Shown: positions 1 to 13,070 of the stretch, piece by piece
Layout of the letters: the number at the start of each line of letters is the position of its first letter
Numbering within the stretch: the stretch's first letter is position 1
From: Octopus sinensis
Taxonomy: Eukaryota
Length of the DNA: 64,000 nt
Direction: 5' to 3'
Assembly: GCF_006345805.1 (NCBI RefSeq)
Contig: NC_043002.1
Span: forward strand, 40,610,001-40,674,000
The notes under the pieces: generated by a model
The model's input: only the letters and a program-made list of their open reading frames with translations
Told to the model about the DNA's origin: nothing
Database searches by the model: none
Position numbers and translations under genes: made by a program

Positions 1-811
1 TGGGTGGATAGGTAAGTTTGTAAGAAAAACACAGAAAATATCAGTATTTTATGCTTTTACATACACATATTTCAAGGAACCAACAGACACCTCGGTAACA
101 TTAGCTACTGCAACTAAGTAGTAATTTGTGGGCATGTGGTTCAATTCTTGTTAGTTTGTTCATGACTTACTGTCTAAGGAGTATTTTACCCAATATATTA
201 TGAGCTGTTATAGCTTATATGTATGTGTATATATTTTTATGATTAAGTTCAAATAACTATAATTTTTCTAACATAACAATAAAAGACCATATTCTTCAAG
301 AATTTGACATGATCATTCCAGAAATCAATTGCATCTAGAATCTGGAATGTGGTACAGATATTGGATAAAAAAGCTTCATTTATAGTGATCAACAGAAGAA
401 TTGTTTTCAATGATATCTAAGACTATGACTAAATTATGCCTCAAAGAAGAGAGTGTTATTTATGTACAATATTCATTAAGGATCTATAATCATTAAAGAT
501 CATTTTCTTGTAGGAAAGATTTTATGGATAGCCTTTCAACTGATTACAATATTTATGAAGCTCTCATATGATAACAGGTTTATGGTTCTTGATTAGCATT
601 CAATGTTCGACAAGTGGAAGAAGCAGATTTAAAATATTTAACTATAAAAATCAACCTCAAGAAAGACAAAATCTTAGAAAATCTGTCAACCATCAATGAG
701 ATGTAATAGACACATGTTATTTAAGATGCAGAGGAAAGCTTAGATCTTAAAAGCAACAAGGTTTCCAACAAACTAAGTAATAAGTCTGAAATAGACAAGT
801 AATCAGTGTAA

Positions 812-910
812 AAGGCAAGCAATCAATATAAGAGGCAAGCAGTCAATATTGAAGGCAAGAATCGATACTAAAGCCAAGCAATCGATATTAAAGGCAAGCA
901 ACCAATATAA
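812..910. repeat. Short tandem repeat, ~19-20 bp unit, ~5 copies
   Basis: Repeated aaaggcaagcaatc(a/g)atat-like units. Confidence 0.75.
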
Positions 911-1759
911 AACAAACAAACAATTGATTCAAGAATAAATTTTATAAATATTGAAAGAACAATAAATTTAATAAAAACACACACAAAAAAATTTTGATAT
1001 CCTATTGCAAATGGGGTAGTTTTTACAGATTATTAAAGATCTTTCTTGTGTAAAAGAATCTGTAAAGAATTTCCGGCTATTTTCTTTTCTTATTACGAGG
1101 AAGAATTTATAGATAAAATTTTTTCTAGAAGTATGGAGATTACAAAATTTTAACATAAATTTCAATAATAAAACAAAATATAGAATGGTATTTTTGGGAA
1201 GAAAAATGTTAGCGTATTATACAAGAATGGACATCAAACGCCAGCAAATCGCTTCCTGAATAATTATTGTAAAGTGATGTACTGAATGATTTTGTTTAAA
1301 GACAATATTGATCATTTAGAAGACTGGATTAAGAAATGGCTTTCTTTTTCTCATTTATTCCTAAGAAGCAAGAATTATTTAAAATTATGAATGCTTGTAA
1401 TAGAGAATCAATCTTATGATCACTACAAGAACAAATTATTACAATCTTGCATATTTTTATCTTAATTTTTCCATATAATATACAATGAAAAGATATGCTC
1501 AATAAACCCCCCACTCTCTCTCCAAGCAACTTTTTATCCATTTTCCAAAATTTTCCTTTATCTATCCCTACTTTACCAACTATCATTACACTGTACTTCA
1601 TTTGCTTTCCTTTTTCTTCTCATCATTTCTAAGAACTTTCAACTGATTCCGTCTTTAAAAAAGCAAAAATTTATACTCCAAATTTATATAATATATTTAA
1701 TAGATAGTCAAATATTTAATGGCTTGTTCTATTGCATTCTTCAGAAGTGTTCCACCTTT

Positions 1760-1895
1760 AGAATATCAAATTATTATCAGGTGTTTAGTACTAAAGCAAA
1801 AGAACAGGAAAAGATATCTTAGAGGAACTCCAGTTAATAAGCAAAGATGATGCTTCATCACATACAACTGTTAAGTATTGGGTGAGGGAATTTAA
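1760..1895 (+). mobile_element. Degenerate mariner transposase N-terminal HTH fragment, cut by a TTAA element
   Basis: Frameshifted translation IIRCLVLK..KDILEELQLISKDDASSHTTVKYWVREF resembles the mariner HTH region. It ends at the TTAA at 1892. Confidence 0.5.
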
Positions 1896-2480
1896 CCTTT
1901 TGTCATTCAGATTACCCTGTCAAATGTAATACTTATCTATTCCCATTGATTTGAAGTAATCAAGCATTATCTTGTAGCTTTGAGATCTTGATGATGTGAT
2001 TACTACCTCTGCCTTCGCTAAGGTGGAGGTATTGTTTTTAGTCTTATTTATTTATTTGTTTGTTTGTCTGTGGACAAGATATCTCAAGAACTGCTGGATG
2101 GATTCAACTGAAACTTTCAAGAAATTTTGGCTTCATGACTGGTTAGATTTTGGGATTGATCCAGTACTGGACAAAGATTTTGGATTATTTTTCCGGCTTT
2201 TTTACTTAATTTTTGAGAGTGGTCAGGTTCATTTTTAGTATTCACATTTGTGAGAGCAGTCAAGTTTATTTCAGATATTCTAATTTTAAAAATCATCTCT
2301 GGCAAATCGTTGAGAAGATGTTGGTGTTGCCTTAGTGGAGGTTTGCACTCTGTGAGTGCTTTTGTTTATTTTTAAAATAATATTGTCAGGTAGATGTGAA
2401 AGGTCAGATCAGGCCAGTTTGAACATAAAACAAGTAGAATATTTGGCCTGATATAGCTAGTTTAAATGCTAAATGGTTAA
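1892..2480. mobile_element. TTAA-flanked non-autonomous DNA element (piggyBac-like ends) carrying a nested insertion
   Basis: Ends TTAA-CCTTTTGTCATT ... AATGCTAAATGG-TTAA. The same body recurs at ~13096-14250, 15594-16007, 51164-51620 and ~63713-63830. Confidence 0.7.
2001..2362 (+). mobile_element. Helentron/DINE-1-like non-autonomous element (HINE)
   Basis: 5' inverted repeat ACCTCTGCCTT..AAGGTGGAGGT, internal (TTTG)n, 3' sub-terminal CTTAGTGGAGGT and terminal hairpin GCACTC-tgt-GAGTGC. Inserted at a TT site of the host TTAA element. Confidence 0.65.
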
Positions 2481-2744
2481 AGACAGAAGTTCTGTAAGTA
2501 ACAAAGAACAATTTTAAATATAGAATAAATTTAGATATAAACTAAAGGTTAGAGATCATTGATATTTTTTAAGTAACATTATTTTCTCAAGTCATTTCAT
2601 TGAGATGTTGCGCAAACAGCTCCATATGAGAAAAAAGGCTCTCAAATAGGCTGTAGTAACTATGAAGGTATCTCTTTGTTTTCTGTTGTGGTCAAATTCC
2701 CTGGTATATCACACCTAAATGGCTTGTCTTAACAGTATCCAAAG

Positions 2745-3635
2745 TACAAGGTGGTATCAAAAAGTTCCCAGACTAGTTCTGTAGCATGCTAGCAGATGGC
2801 TAGCAGATGGTTGCATGTGCAGTGAGAGCCAGCAGTGACCTTCATGAGGTAGTGTGCTGAGTGACATCACTGTTTTTAGTTTGCAAGTTGTGAAATTTCT
2901 GCTTTTGTGATCATGTGTATGCTATATAGTCTGTGGTTTTTGCCATGGATAGGAAGTTGGAACAAAGAGCCAATGTGAAATTTTGCATTAAACTTTGGAA
3001 GTCTACTACAGAGATATTGAGCTTGTTTTGGCAAGCTTACGGTGACAATGCAATGAGTCATATGCAATGTTTTGAGTGGCACAGGCACTTCAAAAGGCAT
3101 GACAGAGATGCAGCTCAATGAAGTGCATATTGTATATTGAGAATTCATCCCTCAGGGCCAGACCATCAATTGAGAGTTCTGCTGAAATGCTTTGAAGCGT
3201 TTGAAGGAGGACATTCAATGACAGCAACCGAATCTGTAGAATGTGAAGAACTGGATTCTTCATGATGACAATGCACTCTGTCACTGAGCCCTCCTCACTT
3301 GTGAGTTTCTCACCAAAAACAACATGGTATCGCTTCTGCACCTGCCCTATTTGCCAGATTTAGTACCTGCATACTTCCATCTCTTCCTCAAGATGAAAAT
3401 GCAGCTCAAAGGGTGCTGTTTTAACACTGTTATCAAGATCCAGAGCAAATCGCAAAAGGTCCTCAATTTGCTCACGGAAAATGATTTTCTGGTTGGATTC
3501 CAAAAGTGGCTGGAACAATGGGACTGTATATTGTTGTGCGAGGTGACTATTCCAAAGAGATGATGTTAAAACTTAGGTAAATAAGTTATTTTATTAAACA
3601 TATTTAGTTTGGAAACTTTTTGATACTTTCTCATA
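2745..3635 (+). mobile_element. Internally deleted mariner transposon (transposase pseudogene)
   Basis: TA-flanked imperfect TIRs (TACAAGGTGGTATCAAAAAGTTCCCAGACT / AGTTTGGAAACTTTTTGATACTTTCTCATA). HTH region EQRANVKFCIKL..QAYGDNAMS..CFEWH, then EFIPQGQTIN and the YSPDLAP-like LPYLPDLVP. Only ~890 bp long. Confidence 0.9.
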
Positions 3636-3887
3636 AACCTCCTTAAATTGCAATGCAACTTAAGGTCTGAATGGAGGAATGATTTTTACTTTTGGTAACT
3701 ATACAAGAAATACCTTGAGAAGCATCACTGACCTGCAGTTCATATTTGTTGACTGGATGAAAGCAGCTGAAATTGTCAACCAAAAGGCTTTATGAATCAT
3801 CCTCAAGAAACTCAGCTGCTCATCCAAGCTCACTAACCACATTTGATCAAGAAAAATCTAAATAAAAGACATATTCTTTCTTTATCC

Positions 3888-4175
3888 TCATCATCGTTTA
3901 ACGTCGGCTTTCCATGCTAGCATGGGTTGGACAGTTTGACTGGGGTCTGGTGAACCAGATGGCTGCACCAGGCTCCACTCTGATCTGGCAGAGTTTCTAC
4001 AGCTGGATGCCCTTCCTAATGCCAACCACTCTGAGAGTGTAGTGGGTGCTTTTACGTGCCACCAGCACGAGGGCCAGTCAGGCGATACTGGCAACGGCCA
4101 TGCTCAAATGGTGCTTTTTATGTGCCACCTGCACAGGAGCCAGTCCAGCGGCACTGGCAACGACCTTGCTCGAAT
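3888..4175 (-). mobile_element. 5'-truncated RTE-type LINE 3' UTR with (GAT)n tail
   Basis: Reverse complement of the GGTTGGCATTAGGAAGGGCATCCAGCTGTAGAAAC...CATGCTAGCATGGAAAGC..GTTAAACGATGATG terminus, which follows the RTE ORF at 13221-14139. Many more copies occur (~7540-7840, 10780-11000, 18085-18403, 25260-25510, 31320-31590, 31830-32025, 36600-36780, 45050-45410). Confidence 0.75.
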
Positions 4176-4204
4176 GTTTTTTCTTTAGTATATTAATATA
4201 TATT

Positions 4205-4965
4205 CTTTCTTGGTGAATACTTGGTAGCCATAGACAATGTAGTTAAGTGTTTCTTCTCAACCTCCACAAATTTTGCAGATACTTAATGTATTCTGCTTTA
4301 TTACATATTTTGCTGGTTTCTAGCTGTGAGGCATTGATCTTGTGCAGCAATGATATATTCCCCAGTTCCTTGTTTGAGACAAGAGCATGTCAGCTATTGA
4401 TGGATAAGGATTTTATCTACATCAGGGACCCTGGCTCTACTCAAGTATTTGCCATGTAGTGGTTTTTGCTCCCATTTCTCTTTAGTATACTGGAGACTGG
4501 TTTCTTTGGCTATATATTTTATTTGTTTTTCCATACTAGTTGGGGGCACATTTTCTTTGGGTTCTTCTAGTTGCATTTCTTGAAGCTCTACTTTTGTGTT
4601 TTTCATCACTGAGTGCAACTTTTAATTTCTTCTTATTTCAGAACCAGATTTAACATTCAGTCATTTGTGTGTTGCAGACAGGCAGAAAGTTACACAATAG
4701 TAATTTTCAATGAGAGTTGAGATTGTATTAATTCCCAGCTGCTTTCTTTCTTTATGCAGTTGTTGACCATGTTTTGCAAACGGTTTTAAGTCATCCATAA
4801 TAGAGAAGGTAATTGATAGATTTTTCCATACACCTTGTATCCATAATTTGTTTCATTCCAGATTTTACTAAGGAGAAACAGTGCTAAACAGAATAACAAA
4901 GGAGATAGCGAGTCTCCTTGAAATATTCTACAATTAATAATGGATTCTCCTTAATTTACTGCTGT
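4205..4965 (-). mobile_element. Degenerate R4/Dong-type (RLE) non-LTR retrotransposon fragment
   Basis: Minus translation includes WEQKPLHGKY...DVDK and AAQDQ, typical of the region before the R4/Dong zinc knuckle. Frameshifted. Confidence 0.6.
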
Positions 4966-5007
4966 TGTGGCATCATCATCATCATCATTATTTAGTACTG
5001 ATATAAT

Positions 5008-5230
5008 TATGGTGGTGAGCTGGTAGACGTGTTAGTGCATTGGATAAAAGGCTTAGCAGCATTTCTTCTGGTTCTTTACATGCTGAGTTCAAATGCCACT
5101 GAGATCATCTTTGCCTTTCATGTTTTTGGGGTTGATAAAACAAAATACTAGCCAAGCACTGGAGTCAATGTAATTGACTTGTTCCTCTCCTCAAAATTGC
5201 TGGCCTTGTGCCAAAATATGAAAGAAATAT
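5008..5230 (+). mobile_element. tRNA-headed SINE family A with (ATT)n tail
   Basis: GGTGAGCTGG.AGA..GTTAG head, GAGTTCAAAT B-box-like motif, CTTTGCCTTTCAT central block and ggccttgtgcc tail. Confidence 0.75.
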
Positions 5231-5249
5231 TATTATGATGAAAAGATTT

Positions 5250-5882
5250 TCTTTAGTGCTTTCATGCATTTCTGTTGCACCACCTGGTGAACTCCATGTT
5301 CTTGAGGTGTGTGCAGCACTGTGTTTTTATTTTTGTGAGGAATGGGAGAGTGTAGTCTCCTCCTGATGGTGTACCTCACTGGTTGGTTTTGTTATGGGGT
5401 TTTAGTTTCGGCAGACGAAATACCACTAAAAATTTCGCCTGGTGTGCTAATGTTTCTGCCAGCTCTCATCCCTTAATGTTTCTGCCAGCTCGCTGACTTT
5501 ATGTTTCTTTACAAATTTTTAAAAATCATGCTTAATGCTCCAATTACTGCTAGTATTGTGGTCAACCCAATGCTTTGCATCTTGACTATTTCAATTTCAA
5601 GGGCCTTGTATCTTGATAGCTTCTCCACTTCATTGCTGGCCATATTTTCATCAGAAGGGATTGTGAAGTCTAATGTTTGGACAGTTTGCCTTGTCAGTAT
5701 GGATGGGCATATTCCAGATTATTGTGACCAGGTCAGTGCCATGTATTGTACTCAGTATACGCTTGAACCACTTCTTATTTGTTTTCACATTGAGGTGTTA
5801 GCATATTATCCAGTGAATGTAGCTGCCAACATGATCGTGCCTTTGTACATAGTCAGATTTAGCAAGGGCAAGACAATTAGAG
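5250..5882 (-). mobile_element. R4/Dong-type LINE 3' fragment (restriction-like endonuclease)
   Basis: Minus translation WNMPIHTDK...KEVEKLSRYKALEIEIVKM...VIGALSMI parallels the RLE at 57280-57880. It abuts an (AAT)n tract and has a SINE remnant inside. Confidence 0.65.
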
Positions 5883-5884
5883 AT

Positions 5885-6330
5885 TATAATAATAATAATA
5901 ATAATGAAATTATTGTATACAGTGCTCAGGTGCACCACAACTTGTCAGAAAGTGCATATAAAGTGTATGCAGTAGTGTACAAATGCCTGGAAAGCAAACA
6001 ATGTATGAGTCAAATACATGCTTGTGTGTGTATGGAGGGGAGAAAATCAGGTGTAGTGTTGGCAAATCTCAAAAAGCATGGAAGTTTTGAAGGATTCAGT
6101 GCTCTGACAACTAACAACTGATGCCGGTAGTTTGTTCCATGCTTCAGCAACTCTCAGCATGAAAAAATGTTTCCTAAAATCATGGGAGCTGTGCTGTTTT
6201 CTGACTTTGTAAATATGCCCACGAGTGTAAGACGGGTGGAGTTTGAAAAGGTGCTCAGAGTTATTGTTTGTAAGATGGTTAATAATTTTATGGGTGTCTG
6301 CCAAGTCAGCTGCCAGATGTAGTCAGTTGT
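5885..6330 (-). mobile_element. CR1-clade LINE 3' end
   Basis: THKIINHL...TRGHIYKV...RKHFF.LRVAEAWNKLP C-terminal motif, a 3' UTR and an (ATT)n tail; homologous to 9130-9680. Confidence 0.85.
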
Positions 6331-7836
6331 CTCATCATGCTGGTCACACATCCTGTATTTGGTGTTTCATTTTCATAATTTCATTTTCAAACATCAGCTC
6401 GTCTGTTTCTGCTTGTTGGAGTTTTTAAGCCGTTGTTGATTTTCTCTTTGGCTTAGTTCTCCTCTAGAATAAATGGAAAGGAAAACCTCTCCGTGGTCAA
6501 TACCCTTGTAGCGTATTGACCATGGAGTGGTTTTCTTTTCCATTTTTCATGAGTTTGCTTTGTAATTTGTTTTCATGTAGTTTATTATATGTTTTACCAT
6601 TTCTGTTCTTTTATCTAAATCTATTGCTTCAGTGTAATCTGTTTCTGTTTTGTATTTCATAACTTCCTTGTGAATAGAGAAGAGTTTTTTTGTTACACAT
6701 TTTTTACATTTATAAGCCTTCCATTCACCACCACTGTCACCATCACCATCACCACCACCACCACCACCACCATCACTGCTGCCACCGCAACCTCATTCTC
6801 TTTAAAGTACATATACTCTACTGAAGCCATTCTTTAACTCTGAGATACAGATCTCCAGTTATAAGCATTTCATCTTTTTTTTTATTATTATACTCTGTCG
6901 ATTTGCTTTAAAGAATATGAAAACTTCCTAGGAGTATTATTTTATGGACTTTATATGGCAGTCCCTCAATTTTCTGCTTTGTATCATGCTTACCTTCTTC
7001 TAATACTGCCATTATTATGAGGATTGTTTCTGTGTCCATAAACCATAGCTTCAATATTTCTACAACCAGTTCTTTAGAGTGTTGCCTGTTTATTTTTTAT
7101 TCAATCTCCTTTACAATTTCTTTTAGCAAGACATTATTATCTGTTAGACAGGACACATCAATAGTATACATGAACGGGATATATTGTCTTTATAATGATA
7201 TATGAGTGGTTTGTTGTTCTTTTATCTGTGTGTGTGTATATACACATGCATACACACACACTCACACACATATTTGTATATGCTATTCAATCATACTGTT
7301 TTCATGCCTTACATTTATCTTTAGACATACCTATACCATTCTTTTATTCCCAAGAAAGAGGCTTTATTGCTTTACATATTTTCACTGGAGATGGATAACT
7401 ACTCTGTCATATCTCTTGATATAACATGTAATGACCAGTATGAAGTATCTAAGCAGAATGTGGATGAGATTTTAATCAAATTCACCACAGATACACAACA
7501 TCAAAGTCTAATATTCTGATTCTGAGCTTGCTTGCTTGCATGCGCATGCATATAAAAAGCACCATCAGAACGTGGCTGATGCTGAGTCAAGTACATCAAC
7601 ATCAGCAATATCAAAACCAAATCAAATGGAAATTGTAGTTGTAAGCCCCATGCCAGTAGCATGTAAAAAGCACCCACTACACTCTCAGAGTGGTTGGTGT
7701 TAGGAAGGGCATCCAGCTGTAGAAACACTGCTAGATCAGATTGGGGCCTGGTGCAACCTCCTGGCTTTCCAGACCCCAGTGAAACCATCAAGCCATGCCA
7801 GCATGGAAAATGGACATTAAACAATGATGATGATGA

Positions 7837-7878
<42 letters not shown>

Positions 7879-8217
7879 CGGAGATGTACTTGCATAGCAA
7901 GTGACCTGATCTGAGGTTGTGTGCTGAAATATAAATAATTGCAGTGTGGAAGGTGTTTACAAGCCATTTAAAAACACACAAAATCCGTTAGATTCACTTC
8001 AATATTAAAATTTAATTTGCCAAAATATTTTCGTTGCTTTGAGGCTGCGACCTGTTCACTGCAATTGTTTATATATATATATATATATATACATCTGAAC
8101 CAAGAAAGCATGGAAAAGTGGATGTTAAAACGCTGATGATGTAAATGATTTTTATATGTTCAGTTGGAAGGGACTGGCACTGAGCAGCTGTTATCAGACT
8201 TTCAGCTTAAATAATGA

Positions 8218-8620
8218 ACTTATTGTATACAGTGCTCAGGTGCACTACAACTCATCAAAAATGTAACTAAAACAGCATGAACAGTACATAGAATATGTAC
8301 AGGAAGTATGAATATATCTTCAAAAATAAAAGAAGAAACAAAGGTGGGTGTATCAGGTGTACTATTGGAGAATTTCAGGAAGCATGGAAGTTTTGAAGGA
8401 TGTAGTATCTTGACAGTTAACAACTGATGCAGGTAGATTATTCCATGTTTCAGCAATTCTGAGCGTGAAAAAATGTTTTTGAAAGTCATGGGTGCTCTGT
8501 TTTGTTTTTGATCTTGTAAGCATGTCCACAAGTACCAGACATGGAATTCAAAAAGGTGCCCAAAATTGTTGTGGGAAAGATGGTGGATAATCTTGTGGGT
8601 GCCCACCAAGTCAGCTCTGT
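8218..8620 (-). mobile_element. CR1-clade LINE 3' end (degenerate)
   Basis: Same family as 5885-6330 and 9130-9680; shares the gtgcacctgagcactgtatacaat 3' terminus. Confidence 0.8.
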
Positions 8621-8622
8621 AA

Positions 8623-9006
8623 TCTCTCTCTATATAAACGGCAGTTTGTCTGTGCGTGTTTCTGTGTGTCTGTTTGCTTGTACCCTCACCCTGACCACGG
8701 CTTTCAACCGATTCTGATGAAACTTGACACACACATAGTCCAATGTCATAATTCAAAACTAACGCAGCGAAAATTTTGAAAAGTTCCCCCAGTTCTCAAA
8801 AAAATTGATAAATTCGACATGGGGTCGAGAATCAGAAACACAAACCGCAAACTGTCTAGGGGACGCAACTCCACCTTTTTTTACTCTCAAAAAAAATTTA
8901 CCATCATTTTTTTCCATTTTTTTGCTATTTTTTGGCTATAACTCTCTAAAAATGCTTTATAGTTATTTCCCTTACAAACCTGAGCAACGCCGGGCGATAC
9001 TGCTAG
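8623..9006 (+). mobile_element. Non-autonomous Helitron
   Basis: Starts A|TC and ends CTAG|T, with a sub-terminal GC-rich hairpin (cctgagcaacgccggg) ~10 bp before the end. No TSD. Confidence 0.7.
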
Positions 9007-9129
9007 TTTATTATAAGATTTATGATAAATTTAGATTTATAGAGTTATTTTGATAATTTTCCATTGAGGGATCTTAATTTGCAAGCTATGTTTGTTTTCC
9101 AGGTTGCTTTGCACTTTGCAATTTACTTC

Positions 9130-9680
9130 TCCCTATCATACAGCTGTATACAGCTATGGTACGACCACACTTGGAATTCGCATCATCAATTTGGAACCCC
9201 TATCTTGCTCAAAACATTGACCTCCTGGAATCTGTTCAGAGACGTGCAACCAAACGCATACCCTCCATCAGACACCTACCATATTCTGAGCGCCTTGTTT
9301 CCCTGGGCATGGATTCACTGAAGCTCTGGCGTCTGGCGACGGACTTGGTAAACACCCACAAAGTTATCAACCACCTCACCAACAACAACACTGAACACCT
9401 TTTTGATCTCCATGTGTCTAACACATGTGGACATGCCTACAAAGTCAGAAAACAACACAGCTCCCATGACTTTCGGAAACATTTCTTCATGCTCAGAGTT
9501 GCTGAAGCATGGAATAAACTGCCTGTGTCAGTTGTTGACTGCCATGACACTGCATCCTTTAAGGCCCTCATGCTTTCCGAAATCCGTCGAAACTACACCT
9601 GATTATATATGCACTTTAGATGAGTTGTAGTGCACCTGAGCACTGTACACAATGTTTATTATTATTATTATTATTATTAT
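9130..9680 (+). mobile_element. CR1-clade LINE 3' end with intact C-terminal ORF (9156-9602)
   Basis: VRPHLEFASSIWNPY...LESVQRRATK...YSERL..L...L..RL...RVAEAWNKLP, followed by a short 3' UTR and a (TAT)n tail. Confidence 0.9.
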
Positions 9681-10409
9681 AATATCTGAGAGTTTTGTTC
9701 CTTTTTTTCTAGATGATATATGAGTGGTTTGTTCCTGATTCTTAAATAATATCCAATTGGTTTGTTCCTACCACTTATCATTTATATTGTTTCCTCATAT
9801 GCTTATTTTTGTGTTTTGTTATATTTGTGTGTTTTAGTTTATCTAAATTTGGATTCTGTGAGGGAGCATTAATGGTGGTTTAAGTTCTTTCTGCTTGACA
9901 TTCTTGAGCGTCTTTACATATTGAATGCATCATTTTGTTTTGTCATGTTTGAAAACTACTTGCATTAGAGTGAGTGATTTATTACTGTTTAACCCCAAGT
10001 TATCCCTAACTGAGTTACCTTTAATTAAAGGCCTTCAAGTGATGACTATCCTCTCTTATTTTTCTCACCTTCTGGATATTAGGCTCACTCGAGTCAATTA
10101 GATATATTTCTCTTGCATTAATTCATTCATTTTGATATGTTGCAGTTGTTCAACACCATCATCATCATCATTCTAACATCTGCTTTACCATGATTGCATG
10201 GACTGGATGGAATTTTGTTAGGATGCTTTTCCTGTTACCAAACAAGGAAATATTTCCTCATAACTAGAAATGTTTTCACTGAAGATTGGGAATGGAAAGC
10301 ATTGCTTGCAAATCAGTCACATTCATCTAAACCTATCACACAATGTCAAAGCAAGGAGACAGTAACACACATATATACATATATACACAGACATACAAAC
10401 ACACACGTA

Positions 10410-10456
<47 letters not shown>

Positions 10457-11553
10457 GTGTATATATATATATATAATTACATATATACATACATACGTAT
10501 ACATATTTATACATAAATATATATACATACATATGACAGGTTTCTTTCAGTTTCTATCTACCAAATCTAGTCACAAAGCCTGGTCAGCATGGGGATACAG
10601 CAGAAGACACTTGCCTAAGGTGTCATGCAGTAGAATTGAATCCAGAACTATGTTAAGCAAGTAAACTTCTTGCCAGGTCCCCGATCCCTTATTTGGTGGG
10701 CGATGTGAAAATTCCATCTGATCCATGAAAGCATGGAAAAACAGGCATGAAACTGATAATGATGATGACACACATACACATACTGATGCCAATGCCGGCC
10801 TGACTGGCTCCCGTGCCAGTGGCACATAAAAAGCACCTACTACAGTCTGAGAGTGGTTGGCATTAGGAAGGGCATCCACCTGTAGAAACACTGCCAGATT
10901 AGATCGGAGCCTGGTGCGGCCTCCTGGCTTGCTAGTCCCCAGTCAAACTGTCCAGCCCATGCTAGCATGAAAAATAGATATTAAACGATGATGATGATGA
11001 TTTTTTTCTGCTTCTTTTATTGTGAACTTGATTTCAGTGTTTATACACCTTGTTAACCTGTCACTTTTTCTCAATTTTCAACCTAAATTTATTGAAGTCA
11101 TTCAGCATTGTTATTATTTTCCTGCTGCTGTAATGCAGTGTAGCAAAATTGTTAGCCTGCCAGGTCAAATGCTTAACAACATTTTATATGTTTTTATATT
11201 CTGGAGTTCAAATGCTGCAGAGGTTGACTTTGCCTTTCAACCTTTCAGGGTCAATAAAACAAGTACCAGTTGAGTTCTAGGGTCGAGGTAACTAACTTAC
11301 CCACTCCCTGAAATTGCTGGCCTTGTGCCAAAATTTGAAACCCATTATTATCCTACTGTACTTGACTGTCTTTTAACCTTCTGGAAGTTGATTAAATAAA
11401 TTCTGGGGTTGATTCAATTGACTGATTCTTCCTTTCAAAATAATGGCCTTGTGTTGATGTTAGAGTTCCTTACCTTTATATTATCAATACTGTTGTTTTT
11501 AAACATGTAACTATCTAATTATTATTCATGTATGTCATAACAAGGGAAGTAAC

Positions 11554-11803
11554 TGAATTATCTTTCACAGTGAAATGCAGACTCAAAAAAGATGCTTTTT
11601 TGGTTCTCATGGCATATAAATTCCCCAACTGGACGGGATGCTGATCCATCACAGGGTTACTCATTTTTGCGAGCTGAGTGGACTGGAGCAACATGAAATG
11701 AAGTGTTTTGTTCAAGAACATAACTCATCGCCCGGTCCAGGAACTGAAACCACAATCTTATGATCATGAGTCCAATATCCTAACCACTAAACCATGTGCT
11801 TCC
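11554..11803 (-). mobile_element. tRNA-headed SINE family C with 14-bp TSD
   Basis: Flanked by ACAAGGGAAGTAAC at 11540-11553 and 11804-11817. Minus head TGGTTTAGTGGTTAGG...GGTTTCAGTTCC; homologous to 46225-46488. Confidence 0.8.
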
Positions 11804-12639
11804 ACAAGGGAAGTAACATAGAGCAAGGAACTATCTGAAAGTAGTCTTGGTCATGGTGTTGGTATTAGCATCATTGGTGAAGTCCTATATTATAATCCCG
11901 AACCAACCAAAGTCTTGTGAGTAGATTTGATAGGCAAAAAATAAAAGCCCATTGTGTGTGTGTATGTGTGTGTATGCATATACTTGTGTGCACTCTTGTC
12001 TTGATGTCATGTGATGGTTGTGTGTGAGCATCATTGTCATGCAAAATATGTTTTGTTTCCAGTTGTCTGTGAAAACATGTCCAGCCATAAGAAAATATTA
12101 TCTTGCTTGGAAATAGGTGAGGGTTGGTGACAGGAAGGGCAACCAGCCGTAGAAAACCTGTCCCAACGAATTCCATCTGATCCATGAAAGCATGGAAAAA
12201 CAGACATGAAATTGATAATGGTGATGATGACACACACATATGCATATGCACACTCACATACGTATATAGGCAAAAGATACGTTATCAGGAAAATTTTTGA
12301 TAAAGCAGTATGTTGAACAAAAAATACCTTCTGGTATTTATTCTAGTAAAGTTGCACGACAACTTTACTTGTCATTTTCATGAATAGAAATATAATAGCA
12401 CATTGATTGGCTTCTGGGAAACCCATAAGTAAATGACACCATGTGCTTTATATCAGGTATTCACAAAATGCTTTGATATAAAAGGAATAAACCTTGTGGC
12501 AATGAGTTAAACAAATGCAAGTGACATGAAGAAGTATTAGATTAGCATAAAGTATACATTTGCAGAGAAGGTGTAAGCTCATTGAATAAATCCCAGTATA
12601 TGATTAGTACTTAGTTTATTTACAACACAGGCATGACTT

Positions 12640-12756
12640 TTGGTTGAGAAATTCACTTTCTAGTTCAGCCCCATTGTGTAGGACCTTTGGCAAGTATCTT
12701 CTATAGTCCAAGGAAAGTCAAAGCTTTGTGAGTGGCTTCGGCAGACAGTAACTGAA

Positions 12757-12794
<38 letters not shown>

Positions 12795-13070
12795 GTGTGT
12801 GTGCATGTGTGTGTGTGTGGTGTGTGTGTGTGTGTAAGTAAATGTTTCTTTATCATGACATCCTGTAATAGTTGTGCATGAGTATCACCATCTATTCTCA
12901 TATAAGTGGTGACACTCATTTCCAGGCTTCCACAAAAACATGTCTGGTCATGGGGAAATGTTACTTTGCTTGAAAGCAAGTCATGACTAGTGAACCGAAT
13001 GACATCCAGTCACAGAAAAACCTGCCTCAATGAACTCTTGGATGTTAAAATGATGATGATGTCGATGATA
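12640..13070 (+). mobile_element. SINE family B variant with RTE-like (GAT)n tail
   Basis: Family B head and CORE-like block (ttggcaagtatcttcta), (GT)n middle, then an aaaacatgtctggtcatggggaaa...gatgatgat tail. Similar copies or tail fragments at ~10160-10670, 11875-12230, 32550-32780 and 35620-35840. Confidence 0.65.

Noticed and set aside
5501-6121. Longest ORF in the track (206 aa)
   Set aside because: It is the antisense read-through of adjacent R4/Dong and CR1 fragments across an (AAT)n tract.
8015-8065. Hammerhead-like motif on minus strand (GUCGC..GCAAC-GAAA-AUAUU) in a repeat between (TA)n tracts
   Set aside because: The upstream core reads GUGAACA, not CUGANGA, and stems I and III are unconvincing.
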